DNA of 64,000 nucleotides from Nitrospirota bacterium (GTDB lineage Bacteria > Nitrospirota > Thermodesulfovibrionia > Thermodesulfovibrionales > Dissulfurispiraceae): the NCBI GenBank assembly GCA_040758355.1, contig JBFLWF010000009.1, positions 30,203-94,202 of the forward strand, in the 5' to 3' direction. The stretch's first letter is position 1. Each line of letters opens with the position of its first letter. Below are positions 1-10,204 of the stretch, in pieces. The position numbers and the translations under genes are program-made. Under the pieces are notes generated by a model. The model ran no database searches. It was not told the origin of the DNA and saw nothing but the letters and a program-made list of their open reading frames with translations.

Positions 1-532
1 CAAAAAGGATAATTACAGACATCTGAAAATAAAGGGCGTTCTTGGAGTTGATGACTATGCGATGATGCATGAGATTGTAGAACGCGTATTGAGAAAAGAA
101 CACTTAGTGCCAGACGTAATTGTCATAGATGGAGGCAAGGGGCAACTTGAGGTTGCAAGAAAAGTTATGGAGGATTTAGATATAAAGACCGATCTTATCG
201 CTGTTGCCAAAAAGCCTGACAGGGCATTTTTATTGAATGATGAAATTATAGACCTTGAGGACAGAAGCAAAGAATCTCTGCTTTTGAAAAAGATAAGGGA
301 TGAGGTTCACAGGTTTGCGATTTCTTTTCACAGGAAATTAAGGGATAAGAGATTGATGGAATCTCCTCTCGAAAAAATTCCCGGCATTGGTAAAAAAAGG
401 AGGCTCGAACTCCTGCGCCATTTCGGAAGTCTTGAAAACATCCGCAAGGCAACAGTTGATGAGATTGCGAAGATTAAGGGGTTTAATAAGAAGATTGCGG
501 AGAAGGTGAAGGAGGGGGTGAAGAAGGGTTGA
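1..532 (+). CDS. uvrC: Excinuclease ABC subunit C, C-terminal part (5'-truncated by window)
   Basis: DDYAMM..PDVIVIDGGKGQL RNase H-like motif, IRDEVHRFAI, and C-terminal HhH (IPGIGKKR..LLRHFGS). Confidence 0.95.
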   Translation, partial: KKDNYRHLKIKGVLGVDDYAMMHEIVERVLRKEHLVPDVIVIDGGKGQLEVARKVMEDLDIKTDLIAVAKKPDRAFLLNDEIIDLEDRSKESLLLKKIRDEVHRFAISFHRKLRDKRLMESPLEKIPGIGKKRRLELLRHFGSLENIRKATVDEIAKIKGFNKKIAEKVKEGVKKG

Positions 533-551
533 TGCCTGATAATTTAGGCAT
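528..551 (-). pseudogene. Possible HicA toxin remnant (first ~8 codons, MPKLSGIN)
   Basis: ATG overlaps the hicB end; resembles HicA N-termini, then runs antisense into uvrC. Confidence 0.4.
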
Positions 552-744
552 GAGCTACTTCAACATAACGGCTTTCTTTATTTTTGGTCAATTTATCAAC
601 TGTCTCTAAATAAGATTCTATCGCATCTTTAATGTTTTCCAGAGCCTCATCTTCTGTTTTACCCTGAGACCAACAGCCGGGAAGACCAGGAACCCATACA
701 GAATAGCCTTCTTCTGTTTTTTTGAGATTTACTTTATACCTCAT
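544..744 (-). CDS. HicB-like antitoxin
   Basis: GYSVWVPGLPGCWSQGKTEDEALENIKDAI is the HicB signature; ATG at 744. Confidence 0.85.
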   Translation of the reverse strand: MRYKVNLKKTEEGYSVWVPGLPGCWSQGKTEDEALENIKDAIESYLETVDKLTKNKESRYVEVAHA

Positions 745-872
745 AAATACCCCCACGCGGTTTTAGAGTGATGTCTTATTTTATCTTAATAAAGGCTTAA
801 CTTCAAACTTTCTATTCCGCCCCCTACGGCTGCCATAGAAAAATCGGGTGTTTTGATATAGAATAAAATGTA

Positions 873-1069
873 GAGGCTGTTTAATAGCTAAGACTGGTTT
901 AGGGCGTTATTCCTGCGAAAGCAGGAATCCAGAAAAATGAAAAATCATTAGAAAACAACTGGATTCCCGTTTTCACGGGAATGACAGAATTGCGGTAAAA
1001 GCAAATTTAATATACTCTCGAATTCTGAATTCTTGTTTTTCAAGGCTTCGTGAGTTATTGAACAGGCTC
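873..1069. mobile_element. MITE-like element with imperfect terminal inverted repeats enclosing a REP/dRS3-like pair
   Basis: GAGGCTGTTTAATAGCT ... AGTTATTGAACAGGCTC ends; internal GTTATTCCTGCGAAAGCAGGAATCCAG ... CTGGATTCCCGTTTTCACGGGAATGAC (906-985). Confidence 0.55.
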
Positions 1070-1094
1070 ATGTAAGTCGAGGAGGTATGAGAAA

Positions 1095-1346
1095 ATGCAA
1101 AAACAGCAAACAGCAGATTTATTGGACAGAATCACTGTTAACCCTGATGTGATGGTTGGCAAGCCTACGACCCGGGGGTTAAGAATAACTGTTGAGCAAA
1201 TACTGAAGGCCCTTGCAGGCGGCATAACAGTCGAAGAATTATTGGAGGACTATCCCGAACTCGAAAGAGAGGATATTCAGGCGGTTCTGCTATACGCCTC
1301 CGAGAGAATCAGCGAAGAACAGGTTTTTGCCGTTAACGCAGGATAA
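1095..1346 (+). CDS. DUF433-family putative antitoxin
   Basis: RITVNPDVMVGKP..RGLRITVEQIL..G.TVEELLEDYPELEREDI. Confidence 0.85.
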   Translation: MQKQQTADLLDRITVNPDVMVGKPTTRGLRITVEQILKALAGGITVEELLEDYPELEREDIQAVLLYASERISEEQVFAVNAG

Positions 1347-1432
1347 AAAATAAGTTTTGCGTATTTCAGGATAAAAAACTCAGAATATCCCGTGCATAAA
1401 AAACAAGAACTTTTTAAATATAAGGAGACACG

Positions 1433-2365
1433 ATGAACATTTATATTTCCGGCTCGATGGCGTATGACAGGATTATGGACTTTCCGGGGAAGTTCTCCGA
1501 CCATATCCTGCCTGATAAAATACACATCCTGAATGTCTGCTTTACCGTAAACGGCATGATCGAGAAATTCGGAGGCACTGCGGGAAACATTGCCTATTCC
1601 TTAAGCCTTCTTGGAGAAAAGCCCATAGTCATAGCAACTATAGGAAAGGACTATGACAGGTATTTTGAATGGTTAAAGAAAAATAACATTTCCACCGAAG
1701 GCATCAAAATAATTAATGAAGAATTCACCGCAGGGGCTTATATAACAACGGACAGGGCAGACAACCAGATAACAGGATTTAATCCCGGAGCAATGAAGTA
1801 TCAATCAGAATATGATTTTAAAAATCCTGAATCAAAGGACTCGGCAGTCATCATCGGGCCAGGCAATCTTCAGGACATGAAAGAATATGCAAAGAAAGCC
1901 AAAAGCAAAGGTATCAAGTGCATCTGCGACCCAGGTCAATCTCTCACACAATGGGACGGCAATTCTCTCAGGGAATGGGTTGACGGCTCATATATGTTGA
2001 TTACCAATGATTATGAGCTTGAGCTTGTTATGAAGATGACAGGAATGGACAAAAAAGGTCTTTTAGGAATGACGAAAACAATTGTTACAACACTCGGAGA
2101 AAAGGGCTCTCTTATTAGCACTTCTGATGGCGATATGCAAATACCTGCGGCCAAGATTTCAGAGATTCTTGACCCGACAGGCGCAGGAGACGCTTATAGG
2201 GCAGGGCTGATTAAAGGGCTTGCAATGGGCAAGAACATCGAGACTGCTGCAAAAATGGGAGCGGTTGCCGCTGCCTACGCGATAGAGAAATACGGCACTC
2301 AGGAGCATTGTTTTACTTATAATGAATTTGTAGAAAGGTACAGGAGCAATTTTGGAGAGCTGTGA
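1433..2365 (+). CDS. PfkB-family carbohydrate/nucleoside kinase
   Basis: GGTAGNIAY and DPTGAGDAY PfkB motifs. Confidence 0.9.
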   Translation: MNIYISGSMAYDRIMDFPGKFSDHILPDKIHILNVCFTVNGMIEKFGGTAGNIAYSLSLLGEKPIVIATIGKDYDRYFEWLKKNNISTEGIKIINEEFTAGAYITTDRADNQITGFNPGAMKYQSEYDFKNPESKDSAVIIGPGNLQDMKEYAKKAKSKGIKCICDPGQSLTQWDGNSLREWVDGSYMLITNDYELELVMKMTGMDKKGLLGMTKTIVTTLGEKGSLISTSDGDMQIPAAKISEILDPTGAGDAYRAGLIKGLAMGKNIETAAKMGAVAAAYAIEKYGTQEHCFTYNEFVERYRSNFGEL

Positions 2366-3441
2366 TTAACGAAGATGCAATAAAATCCTACCTTAAGAAT
2401 AAGTTTAAAGATGCCGATATATTCATCACAAAGCTCGGCGCTGGCGTTCACGGCGCCGGCTTCCTCATAGAGATTCAGACGACTGAAGGAATTAAGCAGT
2501 ATGTCATAAAAGGACTTTTCCCTGAGGGCTTGGGGCATGATTATCCATCGGACAGGGCGCAGGTCTTCTTACTCGACCTCGAAACATACGAGAGACTTCC
2601 AAAGCATGCAAAGGCAGTAGATGTGCTTGCAGAGATGGAGGATGGCTCAATAAAGTCTATTGGCGGCGGGAAGGAATATTATCTGTTGATGGAGAGGGTC
2701 GAGGGAATAGATTATTTCAATGACCTGAGAGAGTTTTCCAAAAAAGAAAGGCTTGAACCTTCAGACATCGAAAAAATAAAGGCAATGACATCTTATCTGG
2801 CAGATATCCATTCTGTGAAAAAAGATTCCCGTTCCCTATACTGGAGAAAAATGAGGGACATTATAGGGCATGGTGAATGCCTGATGGGGGTGTTTGATAT
2901 ATACCCTGACAGGACTTTAAGCTATGAGGAGATGGCAGAAATAGAAAAGATGTGCGTGGATTGGAGGGCAAAACTAAAACCCAAGACCCATCGACTGTGT
3001 CAGATTCACGGAGATTTTCATCCGGGAAATATATGGTTCAAAGAAGCCAGCAGTCAGCAATCAGCGGTCAGCAGTCAGGGAAGTATAGACTTTGTCTTGC
3101 TCGACCGAAGCAGAGGGCCTTATGGTGATGCAGCAGACGATGTTACTGCCCTTTGCATTAACTATATATTTTTCTCTCTTATGTATCATGGAGAGATAAA
3201 AGGGGCGTATCGCGAAGGTCTTAATCTGTTTTTCGAAGAGTACATCAAACAGACGAAGGATAATGAATTGTTCGAGGTGCTCGCTCCGTTCTTTGCTTTC
3301 AGAGGCATTGTTGTTGCCAATCCAGTATTTTATCCTGAATTGAGCGATGATGCGCGAAATAAGATATTCAGGTTTGTTAAGAGTGTGCTTTCATCAGAAA
3401 GGTTTGATACGAGTAAAGTTAATTGCTATATAGCTAATTAG
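2362..3441 (+). CDS. Aminoglycoside-phosphotransferase-like kinase
   Basis: HGDFHPGNI catalytic loop; translationally coupled to the PfkB gene. Confidence 0.8.
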   Translation: MINEDAIKSYLKNKFKDADIFITKLGAGVHGAGFLIEIQTTEGIKQYVIKGLFPEGLGHDYPSDRAQVFLLDLETYERLPKHAKAVDVLAEMEDGSIKSIGGGKEYYLLMERVEGIDYFNDLREFSKKERLEPSDIEKIKAMTSYLADIHSVKKDSRSLYWRKMRDIIGHGECLMGVFDIYPDRTLSYEEMAEIEKMCVDWRAKLKPKTHRLCQIHGDFHPGNIWFKEASSQQSAVSSQGSIDFVLLDRSRGPYGDAADDVTALCINYIFFSLMYHGEIKGAYREGLNLFFEEYIKQTKDNELFEVLAPFFAFRGIVVANPVFYPELSDDARNKIFRFVKSVLSSERFDTSKVNCYIAN

Positions 3442-4141
3442 ATTTAGTATTACCTGTGCCTACTTTTATATAATTTCCCCAGATTAAGAATAATTCCTTT
3501 GTAGCCCTGAGATCTCCTGCACAATACCGCGCAATATCCACATAGCGGCCTGATTTAAAGAGGTCTTTTACCTCATAACCCGTTATTACTTCGCCTGATT
3601 CATTGGCTGATTTCGGGCTCTTTATATTAAATGTTTTGCACCACATATCGAGGCTGAATCTTCTCTTTGATGCACCGTAAAATGTTAACTGGTCGAGGAG
3701 GTCTATGTGTGCGCTATTATATCTGTTTGGCATCAAATCCCTTGTGGGTTTTATCTTGTTTACTGCCGAGCGGATCATGATAAAAGGGCAGTCAAAGCCC
3801 CTGCCATTGAAGGTAATAAACTGATCGCATGTCTTTATGGCATTCCAGAATTTCTGGAGCATCTCTGCCTCTGTCCCGCATTCATATCTAATGCCGTCTT
3901 CTTCGAAGGGCAGGAGCATGTCTCCTGGTGTCTGGAAATATACAGCGCCTTTGTTTGAATCCGGGTTGAGCATTCCTATGGCAACTATCTCGCCTGTGAG
4001 GGGATAGAAAGAGAGGCTTTCTCTGACCCTCTCTTCTTCCTCTTCTGTCTCAGCCCATTTCAAGAGATATTCCTGCGTTGACGGGTCGAGGGAGTCGAAA
4101 TCCACCCCAACCGTTTCTATATCGAAGATTATTTTACTCAT
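3434..4141 (-). CDS. DEDD 3'-5' exonuclease (PolB exonuclease-like)
   Basis: FDIET, TFNGRGFD, YCAGD ExoI-III motifs. Confidence 0.85.
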   Translation of the reverse strand: MSKIIFDIETVGVDFDSLDPSTQEYLLKWAETEEEEERVRESLSFYPLTGEIVAIGMLNPDSNKGAVYFQTPGDMLLPFEEDGIRYECGTEAEMLQKFWNAIKTCDQFITFNGRGFDCPFIMIRSAVNKIKPTRDLMPNRYNSAHIDLLDQLTFYGASKRRFSLDMWCKTFNIKSPKSANESGEVITGYEVKDLFKSGRYVDIARYCAGDLRATKELFLIWGNYIKVGTGNTKSN

Positions 4142-4150
4142 CTCGTCACC

Positions 4151-4186
4151 GGGGGTTTCGTAAGGGGGACATTGTCCCCCTTACGA
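4151..4186. repeat. REP-like palindrome, copy 1
   Basis: TCGTAAGGGGGAC-ATT-GTCCCCCTTACGA; related copy near 13125-13161. Confidence 0.6.
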
Positions 4187-4187
4187 G

Positions 4188-5480
4188 TTACGCTGCCTTT
4201 TTCATCTTTTCAAAAACTTTCCATGTCTTAAGGGTGTCGATGGCCCTTTGTAATTGATTGTCGTCTTTTTCATCCACATCTAATGGAGCCATCTCTTTTT
4301 CTTCGGGACCCTCCTTTTGCTGGTCGTTTTTAAGGTGTCCTTCCAGATCTTTTTCCCTTATAACCCTGTGCTGCTCCTTTCCATCCTTAACCTCGAGTTT
4401 TACGACTATATCAGGGGTAATTCCAACACCCTGAATGCTTGTGCCCTTTGGCGTATAGTACTTTGCAGTGGTAAGTCGCAGCCCCGAACCGTCGCTGAGG
4501 GGAATAAGGCTCTGCACAGAGCCCTTTCCAAAGGTCTGGACACCGATAATTACTGCCCTGTTCCAGTCTTTCAATGCGCCTGCAACGATTTCTGATGCAC
4601 TTGCGCTGCCCTGGTTGACGAGGACTACCATAGGCATATCCGCATATGGTTTTTCCCCCTCTGTAAAGTATTCTGTTTTTTCACCGCTTTTGCTCTTTAT
4701 GTAAACTACGAGCTTTTTGGGCGGAAGGAACTGTTCGGTAACCTCCACAGCGCTGTTCAGGAGGCCCCCAGGATCGTTTCTCAGGTCAATGATCAGCGAG
4801 GTCATGCCTTCCTTTGACAGCTTCTCCAGCGCAGTGGAGAGGTCAGGACCTGTGGACTCCTGAAACTGGGTTATTTTTATGTACCCTATTCCGTCTTGAA
4901 GCATCCTTGACTTTACGCTCTTGATCTTTATGATATCCCTGACTATTGTAAAATCCTTTGTCTCTTTCCAGCCTTCCCTGAATATGGTCAATATAATGGA
5001 TGTGCCTTTCGGCCCACGCATTTTAGAAACAGCATCCGTCAACCCCATATTCTTTGTAGACTCTCCGGAGATCTTGAGGATCTTATCGCCTGCCTTAATG
5101 CCTGCCTTAAATGCCGGCGTGTCTTCGATTGGAGCTATAACCGTGAGTATTCCGTCCTTAATCCCTATGTGAATGCCGAGTCCCCCGAATTCGCCCTTTG
5201 TTTCTACCTGCAGTTCCTTTAATGCCTCGGGCGTCATATAGCTTGAATGCGGATCGAGGGAGTTAATCATCCCTTTAATGGCGCCAACCACGAGGTCCTT
5301 TGTTTTGACCTCATCGACATAGTTTTTCTTTACAAGGGTAAGAACCTCGGTAAAGGTACGCAACTCTTCATACCCGTTTTGTGCATTTACAGTTTCTACC
5401 GCCCATCTGCCCGCTACTATTCCGATTAAGGCGATGGAGAATATTACTGTTACAAAAAGCCATCTCTTCCTTCGAAACAT
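4188..5480 (-). CDS. ctpA: S41 carboxyl-terminal processing protease
   Basis: LDPHSSY, PDZ domain, DLRNDPGGLL, SASASEIVAGAL, TFGKGSVQ. Confidence 0.95.
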   Translation of the reverse strand: MFRRKRWLFVTVIFSIALIGIVAGRWAVETVNAQNGYEELRTFTEVLTLVKKNYVDEVKTKDLVVGAIKGMINSLDPHSSYMTPEALKELQVETKGEFGGLGIHIGIKDGILTVIAPIEDTPAFKAGIKAGDKILKISGESTKNMGLTDAVSKMRGPKGTSIILTIFREGWKETKDFTIVRDIIKIKSVKSRMLQDGIGYIKITQFQESTGPDLSTALEKLSKEGMTSLIIDLRNDPGGLLNSAVEVTEQFLPPKKLVVYIKSKSGEKTEYFTEGEKPYADMPMVVLVNQGSASASEIVAGALKDWNRAVIIGVQTFGKGSVQSLIPLSDGSGLRLTTAKYYTPKGTSIQGVGITPDIVVKLEVKDGKEQHRVIREKDLEGHLKNDQQKEGPEEKEMAPLDVDEKDDNQLQRAIDTLKTWKVFEKMKKAA

Positions 5481-5502
5481 CCTTTATCCTCCGTAACGAC
5501 TC

Positions 5503-6687
5503 TTATTTCTTCAGCCATTGTTGAGGGTCAAGGGGTTTCCCTTTATATCTGAGCTCGAAATAGAGACCGCTTGCTCCGATGGTGCTGGATTCCCCCACCT
5601 CTCCGATGGTTGTATGTTCTTTTATTATAGCTCCATTTTTCAAAAAAATCTTGGACAGGTTTCCGTACAGCGTATGATAACCGCCTCCATGACTGATTAT
5701 AATTAGTTGACCGTATCCCTTGAAATCGTCGGCAAATACAACCTTGCCTTCATGAACTGCCTTCACGGAAGACCCATTGGATGTTTTTATATGAATACCG
5801 CTTCTGAAGACAGGCAGGTTAAACAAGGGGTCGACCTGTGTTCCGTACTGAATGGCCACGGTGCCGTTTACCGGCCACGAGAGTTTTCCCTTTAATCTCG
5901 CAAACCCACTGTCCTCAACCGGCTCCTCTTCCTTTATTCCAGGTCTTGTTCCTTTCTTTTTCCTCAGCTCGCTTTCCCGCCTTTCGGATTCCTGTATTAT
6001 TCTCATGAGCCTGTTTGATGCCTCCTGCAATTCCTTTATCATTTTTTCATAAGTCTTTTTTTCCTTTCTGACGCTGACCAAGAGAGACTCCCTCTCTTTT
6101 TTCTTTTCTTTCAAAGAGCCTTCCAATTTGGTGAGTTTTCCCTCTTCTGTTTTGAGTTCTGAAGATAATTTTTTAAGGTTGTTCTGTTTTTCGCTTAAGA
6201 CCCTGACGGTCTCTTTGTATTTGTTTATAAGCCTGTAGTCGTATGTGGATATATCGCTTATGTACCGCAGCGTCCTTAAGGTTTGCGATATATCCTCTCC
6301 GCCTATTAGTATGAGGAGAGCGTCGTTTCCCTTGCTTATCCTCTGTAATACCCGCAGTCTTTTTTTGAGGAGATTACCTTGTAAATTAAGGCTCTCTTTG
6401 TTGTTGTTAATATCCACCTGCAAGGCCGATATATTGCTTTGTATTTTTTTTATTTTTCCGCGCTGGACTGTAAGCTGGTCTTCTATTTCATCGAGCTCCG
6501 CATTTGTTCTTCTCAGTTCTTCAATGACGGATTTTTCTGCCTTTTTTACCGATTCGAGTTTTTTCTTATGAGTCTTTATATCTTTTTGTATCTGTTTGTA
6601 CTCTTCGTGAGGGCTCTCGGCATGAACAACAGTAAACAATAAACATAAAAGAATGGAGTAATGGAGTAGTGGAGTGATGCATTTCAA
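5503..6687 (-). CDS. envC: Murein hydrolase activator (coiled coil + degenerate M23)
   Basis: Long coiled coil, C-terminal LytM-like domain (LYFELRYKGKPLDP); downstream of ftsEX. Confidence 0.85.
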   Translation of the reverse strand: MKCITPLLHYSILLCLLFTVVHAESPHEEYKQIQKDIKTHKKKLESVKKAEKSVIEELRRTNAELDEIEDQLTVQRGKIKKIQSNISALQVDINNNKESLNLQGNLLKKRLRVLQRISKGNDALLILIGGEDISQTLRTLRYISDISTYDYRLINKYKETVRVLSEKQNNLKKLSSELKTEEGKLTKLEGSLKEKKKERESLLVSVRKEKKTYEKMIKELQEASNRLMRIIQESERRESELRKKKGTRPGIKEEEPVEDSGFARLKGKLSWPVNGTVAIQYGTQVDPLFNLPVFRSGIHIKTSNGSSVKAVHEGKVVFADDFKGYGQLIIISHGGGYHTLYGNLSKIFLKNGAIIKEHTTIGEVGESSTIGASGLYFELRYKGKPLDPQQWLKK

Positions 6688-7559
6688 AGCTTTAATCTCC
6701 CGATGGCAATGACAGAGCCTACGATTCCCAGCGCAATTCCTGTTACTGGCAGCAGGATTAAAATTTCGAGGGGAAAGACTAATGTCTTGAGCATGGGAAT
6801 AACCATGCTCAATCTGTATGTAACTGCAAAATAAAAGAGCAGTGCGCCGATTATTCCAAGAATTCCTCCGAAGAATCCGATGGCGCCGCCCTCTATGAGA
6901 AAGGGCATTCGTATAAAGCCCTTTGTTGCTCCAAGGAGTTTGATTATCTCTATCTCATCTTTTTTTCTGTAAAATAAGATCTTTACCGTGCTGTAAGTAA
7001 CAAAGACAACGCCTGTGGAGATCGTTACGAAGATTATGATGCTCATGTTCTGCAAGGATTTTTTCAGGAGGTGAATCGCCTCTGCTATTTTTTCTCCGTA
7101 GTACACATCATCAATGCCAGATACCTTTTTTATCTCCTCGGAAATCCGTTTTGCAGCGGCGGATGTTACAAAATCTCTTTTCAGTCTTATTTCGATAGAC
7201 GACGAGAGCGGATTTTCATCCAGCCCTTCAAGAATATAGCGGGTATCCTTCAAGGTCTGTTTTAACTCTTTTATGGCATCATCCTTTGATATATATTTCA
7301 AGCCCGCAATGTCGTTCCTCTTTTTGAGGGCATCCACGATGCCCTGTACTTCTTCCTGCGAAACGTTGTCATTAAGATATGCCACCAGAGAAAAGCGCTC
7401 GGGAAGATGGCTCGCAACAAGCTCTACATTGTAGAGGAAAAAGGCAGTGAGGGTTATTATCAGCAGGCTGGACGCCACGGTAAGTATGGAAAGGATGTTA
7501 ATCCATTTCTCCCTGCAGAGGCTCTGGAAAGCCGATTTAAATGAATAGGCCAGCGTCAT
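6684..7559 (-). CDS. ftsX: Cell division permease FtsX
   Basis: ENPL motif, EIEIIKLLGATKGFIRMPFLIEG, four TM segments. Confidence 0.9.
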   Translation of the reverse strand: MTLAYSFKSAFQSLCREKWINILSILTVASSLLIITLTAFFLYNVELVASHLPERFSLVAYLNDNVSQEEVQGIVDALKKRNDIAGLKYISKDDAIKELKQTLKDTRYILEGLDENPLSSSIEIRLKRDFVTSAAAKRISEEIKKVSGIDDVYYGEKIAEAIHLLKKSLQNMSIIIFVTISTGVVFVTYSTVKILFYRKKDEIEIIKLLGATKGFIRMPFLIEGGAIGFFGGILGIIGALLFYFAVTYRLSMVIPMLKTLVFPLEILILLPVTGIALGIVGSVIAIGRLKL

Positions 7560-8221
7560 CAGCCTACCTCCTCGCCAACGAGATTTCCGCCGTCCAATTT
7601 CAGCACACGCCTTCCGGTATTTCTGAACAACTCCCTGTTGTGGGTTGCGATGAGGATTGTCGTTCCCTGGAGATTTATCTCTTCAAATAGTTTTATTATG
7701 TCAATCGATGTGTTGGGATCGAGGTTCCCTGTCGGTTCATCGGCAAGCAAAACGAGGGGCTCTGTTACAATTGCCCTCGCAATAACAACCCTCTGCTGCT
7801 CGCCTCCTGAAAGGCTGCGCGGATAGCTGTCCGAGAGGTGGCGGAGGTGAACTTTTTTTAATGCCTCGGAAACGAGGTTCTTAATCTCCTTTTCGCTAAC
7901 CCCCTTGATCCTCAAAGCCATGGCTACATTGTCGAATACGGTAAGGTTATTTATGAGCTTGAAATCCTGAAATACAACGCCGATGCTTCTTCGCAGGCGG
8001 GGTATTTGAGGCGTCTTTAAGGATTGAAGGTGAAAGTCTCCGATAACTATGTCTCCTTCATCGGGCCATTCAGCAAGATACATAAGCTTTAAGAGAGTGG
8101 ATTTGCCGGCGCCGCTGGGGCCTGTTAAAAAAGACATTTCGCCCTTCCGGACGGAGAAGGTTATATTTTTAAGGACGCTCTGATGTTCGTAATATTTCGA
8201 GACATTTTGGAATGCTATCAT
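7559..8221 (-). CDS. ftsE: Cell division ATP-binding protein FtsE
   Basis: GPSGAGKST, IGVVFQDFKL, LSGGEQQRV, LLADEPTGNLD. Confidence 0.93.
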   Translation of the reverse strand: MIAFQNVSKYYEHQSVLKNITFSVRKGEMSFLTGPSGAGKSTLLKLMYLAEWPDEGDIVIGDFHLQSLKTPQIPRLRRSIGVVFQDFKLINNLTVFDNVAMALRIKGVSEKEIKNLVSEALKKVHLRHLSDSYPRSLSGGEQQRVVIARAIVTEPLVLLADEPTGNLDPNTSIDIIKLFEEINLQGTTILIATHNRELFRNTGRRVLKLDGGNLVGEEVG

Positions 8222-8298
8222 AGCTTTAATGGTGGATGAGTTTATGAACAGATGAGAAAAAAATAATCATTAACTTATTAACCCATTTACCCATTAAC

Positions 8299-9279
8299 TC
8301 ATTTCCTCATAAACTCAATCACTGTCTTTACTATATCTTCTGCTGTAAGCCCGTAGAGCTTCAGCAGCTCATCAGGCTTGCCAGAGCCTCCAAAGGTATC
8401 CCTTGTGCCGATTCTCTTCACAGGGATCGGATGGTATTCTGATAAGAACTCGGCAACAGCGCCACCAAGACCCCCTATTATGGAGTGCTCCTCTGCAGTT
8501 ACTATGAGCTTTGCGTTTTTTGCAGCCTCAAGCAATGTTTCTGCATCAAGAGGCTTTACTGTGGACATGTTAACGACACCTGCATCTATTCCCTCTTTTG
8601 ATAGCATCTCCCTTGCCTGCAGTGCCGCAGAGACCATTATCCCGTTGGCAATGATATTTACATCACGCCCGATATGGAATTTATATGCCTTCCCTATCCT
8701 GAACTTATAATCAGCAGGCATTACAGCGGGAACCTTAGCCCTCCCAAGTCTTACATAAACAGGGCCTTCGTAGTCTGCCACGGTATCGATTACCTGTTTT
8801 GTCTCGAAACCATCAGAAGGGACTATTACAACTATTTCAGGCAGGACACGCATCAGGGACACATCTTCCAATGCCTGATGGGATGCGCCGTCCTCTCCAA
8901 CAGTTATGCCGGCGTGGGTGGCAACAAGCTTTACATTGAGGCGAGAGTAACAGATGGTCTGTCGTATCTGCTCCCATGCCCTTCCTGTTTCGAATATGGC
9001 GAATGTTGATGCAAATGGTATCTTTCCTGCGAGGGATAATCCTCCTGCTGTTCCCATCATATCCTGCTCCGATATGCCCATATTGAAGAATCTATCGGGA
9101 AATGCCTTTGCGAATTTGGCTGTCTTTGTTGAGCCTGAAAGGTCTGCATCGAGCACTACGATTTTTTCATTTCTTTTTCCCAGTTCTGCAAGGGCTGCGC
9201 CGTAAGCATCTCTTGTTGCAACAGCCTGCCCGGCGAAACTTTGAGATTCGACTGCTGACTTTTCTTCCCTACTTCCCAT
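8299..9279 (-). CDS. Transketolase, C-terminal subunit
   Basis: ATRDAYG, NMGISEQ, GEDGASHQ, EEHSIIGGLG. Confidence 0.92.
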   Translation of the reverse strand: MGSREEKSAVESQSFAGQAVATRDAYGAALAELGKRNEKIVVLDADLSGSTKTAKFAKAFPDRFFNMGISEQDMMGTAGGLSLAGKIPFASTFAIFETGRAWEQIRQTICYSRLNVKLVATHAGITVGEDGASHQALEDVSLMRVLPEIVVIVPSDGFETKQVIDTVADYEGPVYVRLGRAKVPAVMPADYKFRIGKAYKFHIGRDVNIIANGIMVSAALQAREMLSKEGIDAGVVNMSTVKPLDAETLLEAAKNAKLIVTAEEHSIIGGLGGAVAEFLSEYHPIPVKRIGTRDTFGGSGKPDELLKLYGLTAEDIVKTVIEFMRK

Positions 9280-10111
9280 TTCCGCCCAACTCCTTTAATG
9301 CGATTTCAAGCTCTTCCTTTGTGGGTGCAAGTCCGTGATATTCCACCTTGCCTTCGAATATGGATACTCCTTTGCCCTTTATTGTCTTTGCAAGTATCAC
9401 AGAAGGCTTGCCTTTTATCTTTTCTGCCTCATCGAGGGTATTTACAATTTCTTCCATGTTGTGGCCGTCTATCTCAAATATATGCCAGTTAAAAGCCTTC
9501 CATTTTTCAGCCACAGGATCTATTTTCATTACATCTTCACATCTTCCGTCTATCTGCAAACTGTTTAGATCCACAATGGCGCATAAGTTATCGAGGGCAT
9601 AATGCCCTGCTGTCATTGCAGCCTCCCATACCTGGCCTTCCTGGATCTCGCCGTCGCCCAGAAGGCAATAAACCCTTGCAGGGCTATCATCGAGCCTCAA
9701 TCCTAATGCCATGCCGTTTGCTATGGACAATCCCTGACCCAGAGAGCCTGTGGAGACCTCTATGCCCTGAAGCATTTTTGATGAAGGATGTCCCTGTAGA
9801 GGGCTACCAGTTCTTCTGAGGGTGCCAAGAAGGGATTTGTCGAAATAACCTGTTAAAGCAAGGACCGTGTAGAGAAGAGGTGCTGCATGGCCTTTTGATA
9901 GAATGAACCTGTCCCTTTCGGGCCATTTTGGATCATCGGGTCTGTGTCTCATTTTATAGAAATATAATGCAGTAACAATATCTGCCGCGGATAAGGAGCC
10001 GCCTGTGTGGCCTGAGCCTGCCTGTGCGAGCATTTTCAATATCTCTATCCTGACTGTACGCGCCTGCTCTTTAAGAAATTCAATATCGCGAGATTGTGTT
10101 ACAGTGGCCAT
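9269..10111 (-). CDS. Transketolase, N-terminal (TPP-binding) subunit
   Basis: SGHTGGSLS, DRFILSKGHAAP, GDGEIQEG. Confidence 0.93.
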   Translation of the reverse strand: MATVTQSRDIEFLKEQARTVRIEILKMLAQAGSGHTGGSLSAADIVTALYFYKMRHRPDDPKWPERDRFILSKGHAAPLLYTVLALTGYFDKSLLGTLRRTGSPLQGHPSSKMLQGIEVSTGSLGQGLSIANGMALGLRLDDSPARVYCLLGDGEIQEGQVWEAAMTAGHYALDNLCAIVDLNSLQIDGRCEDVMKIDPVAEKWKAFNWHIFEIDGHNMEEIVNTLDEAEKIKGKPSVILAKTIKGKGVSIFEGKVEYHGLAPTKEELEIALKELGGNGK

Positions 10112-10204
10112 TAACAATTTCCTTTCCCGGTCAAAAAATTAGAATATTATATACCATGCGGATAAAAAAATGTAATGATGAACTCGCTACGGTGATCTGC
10201 CAGC

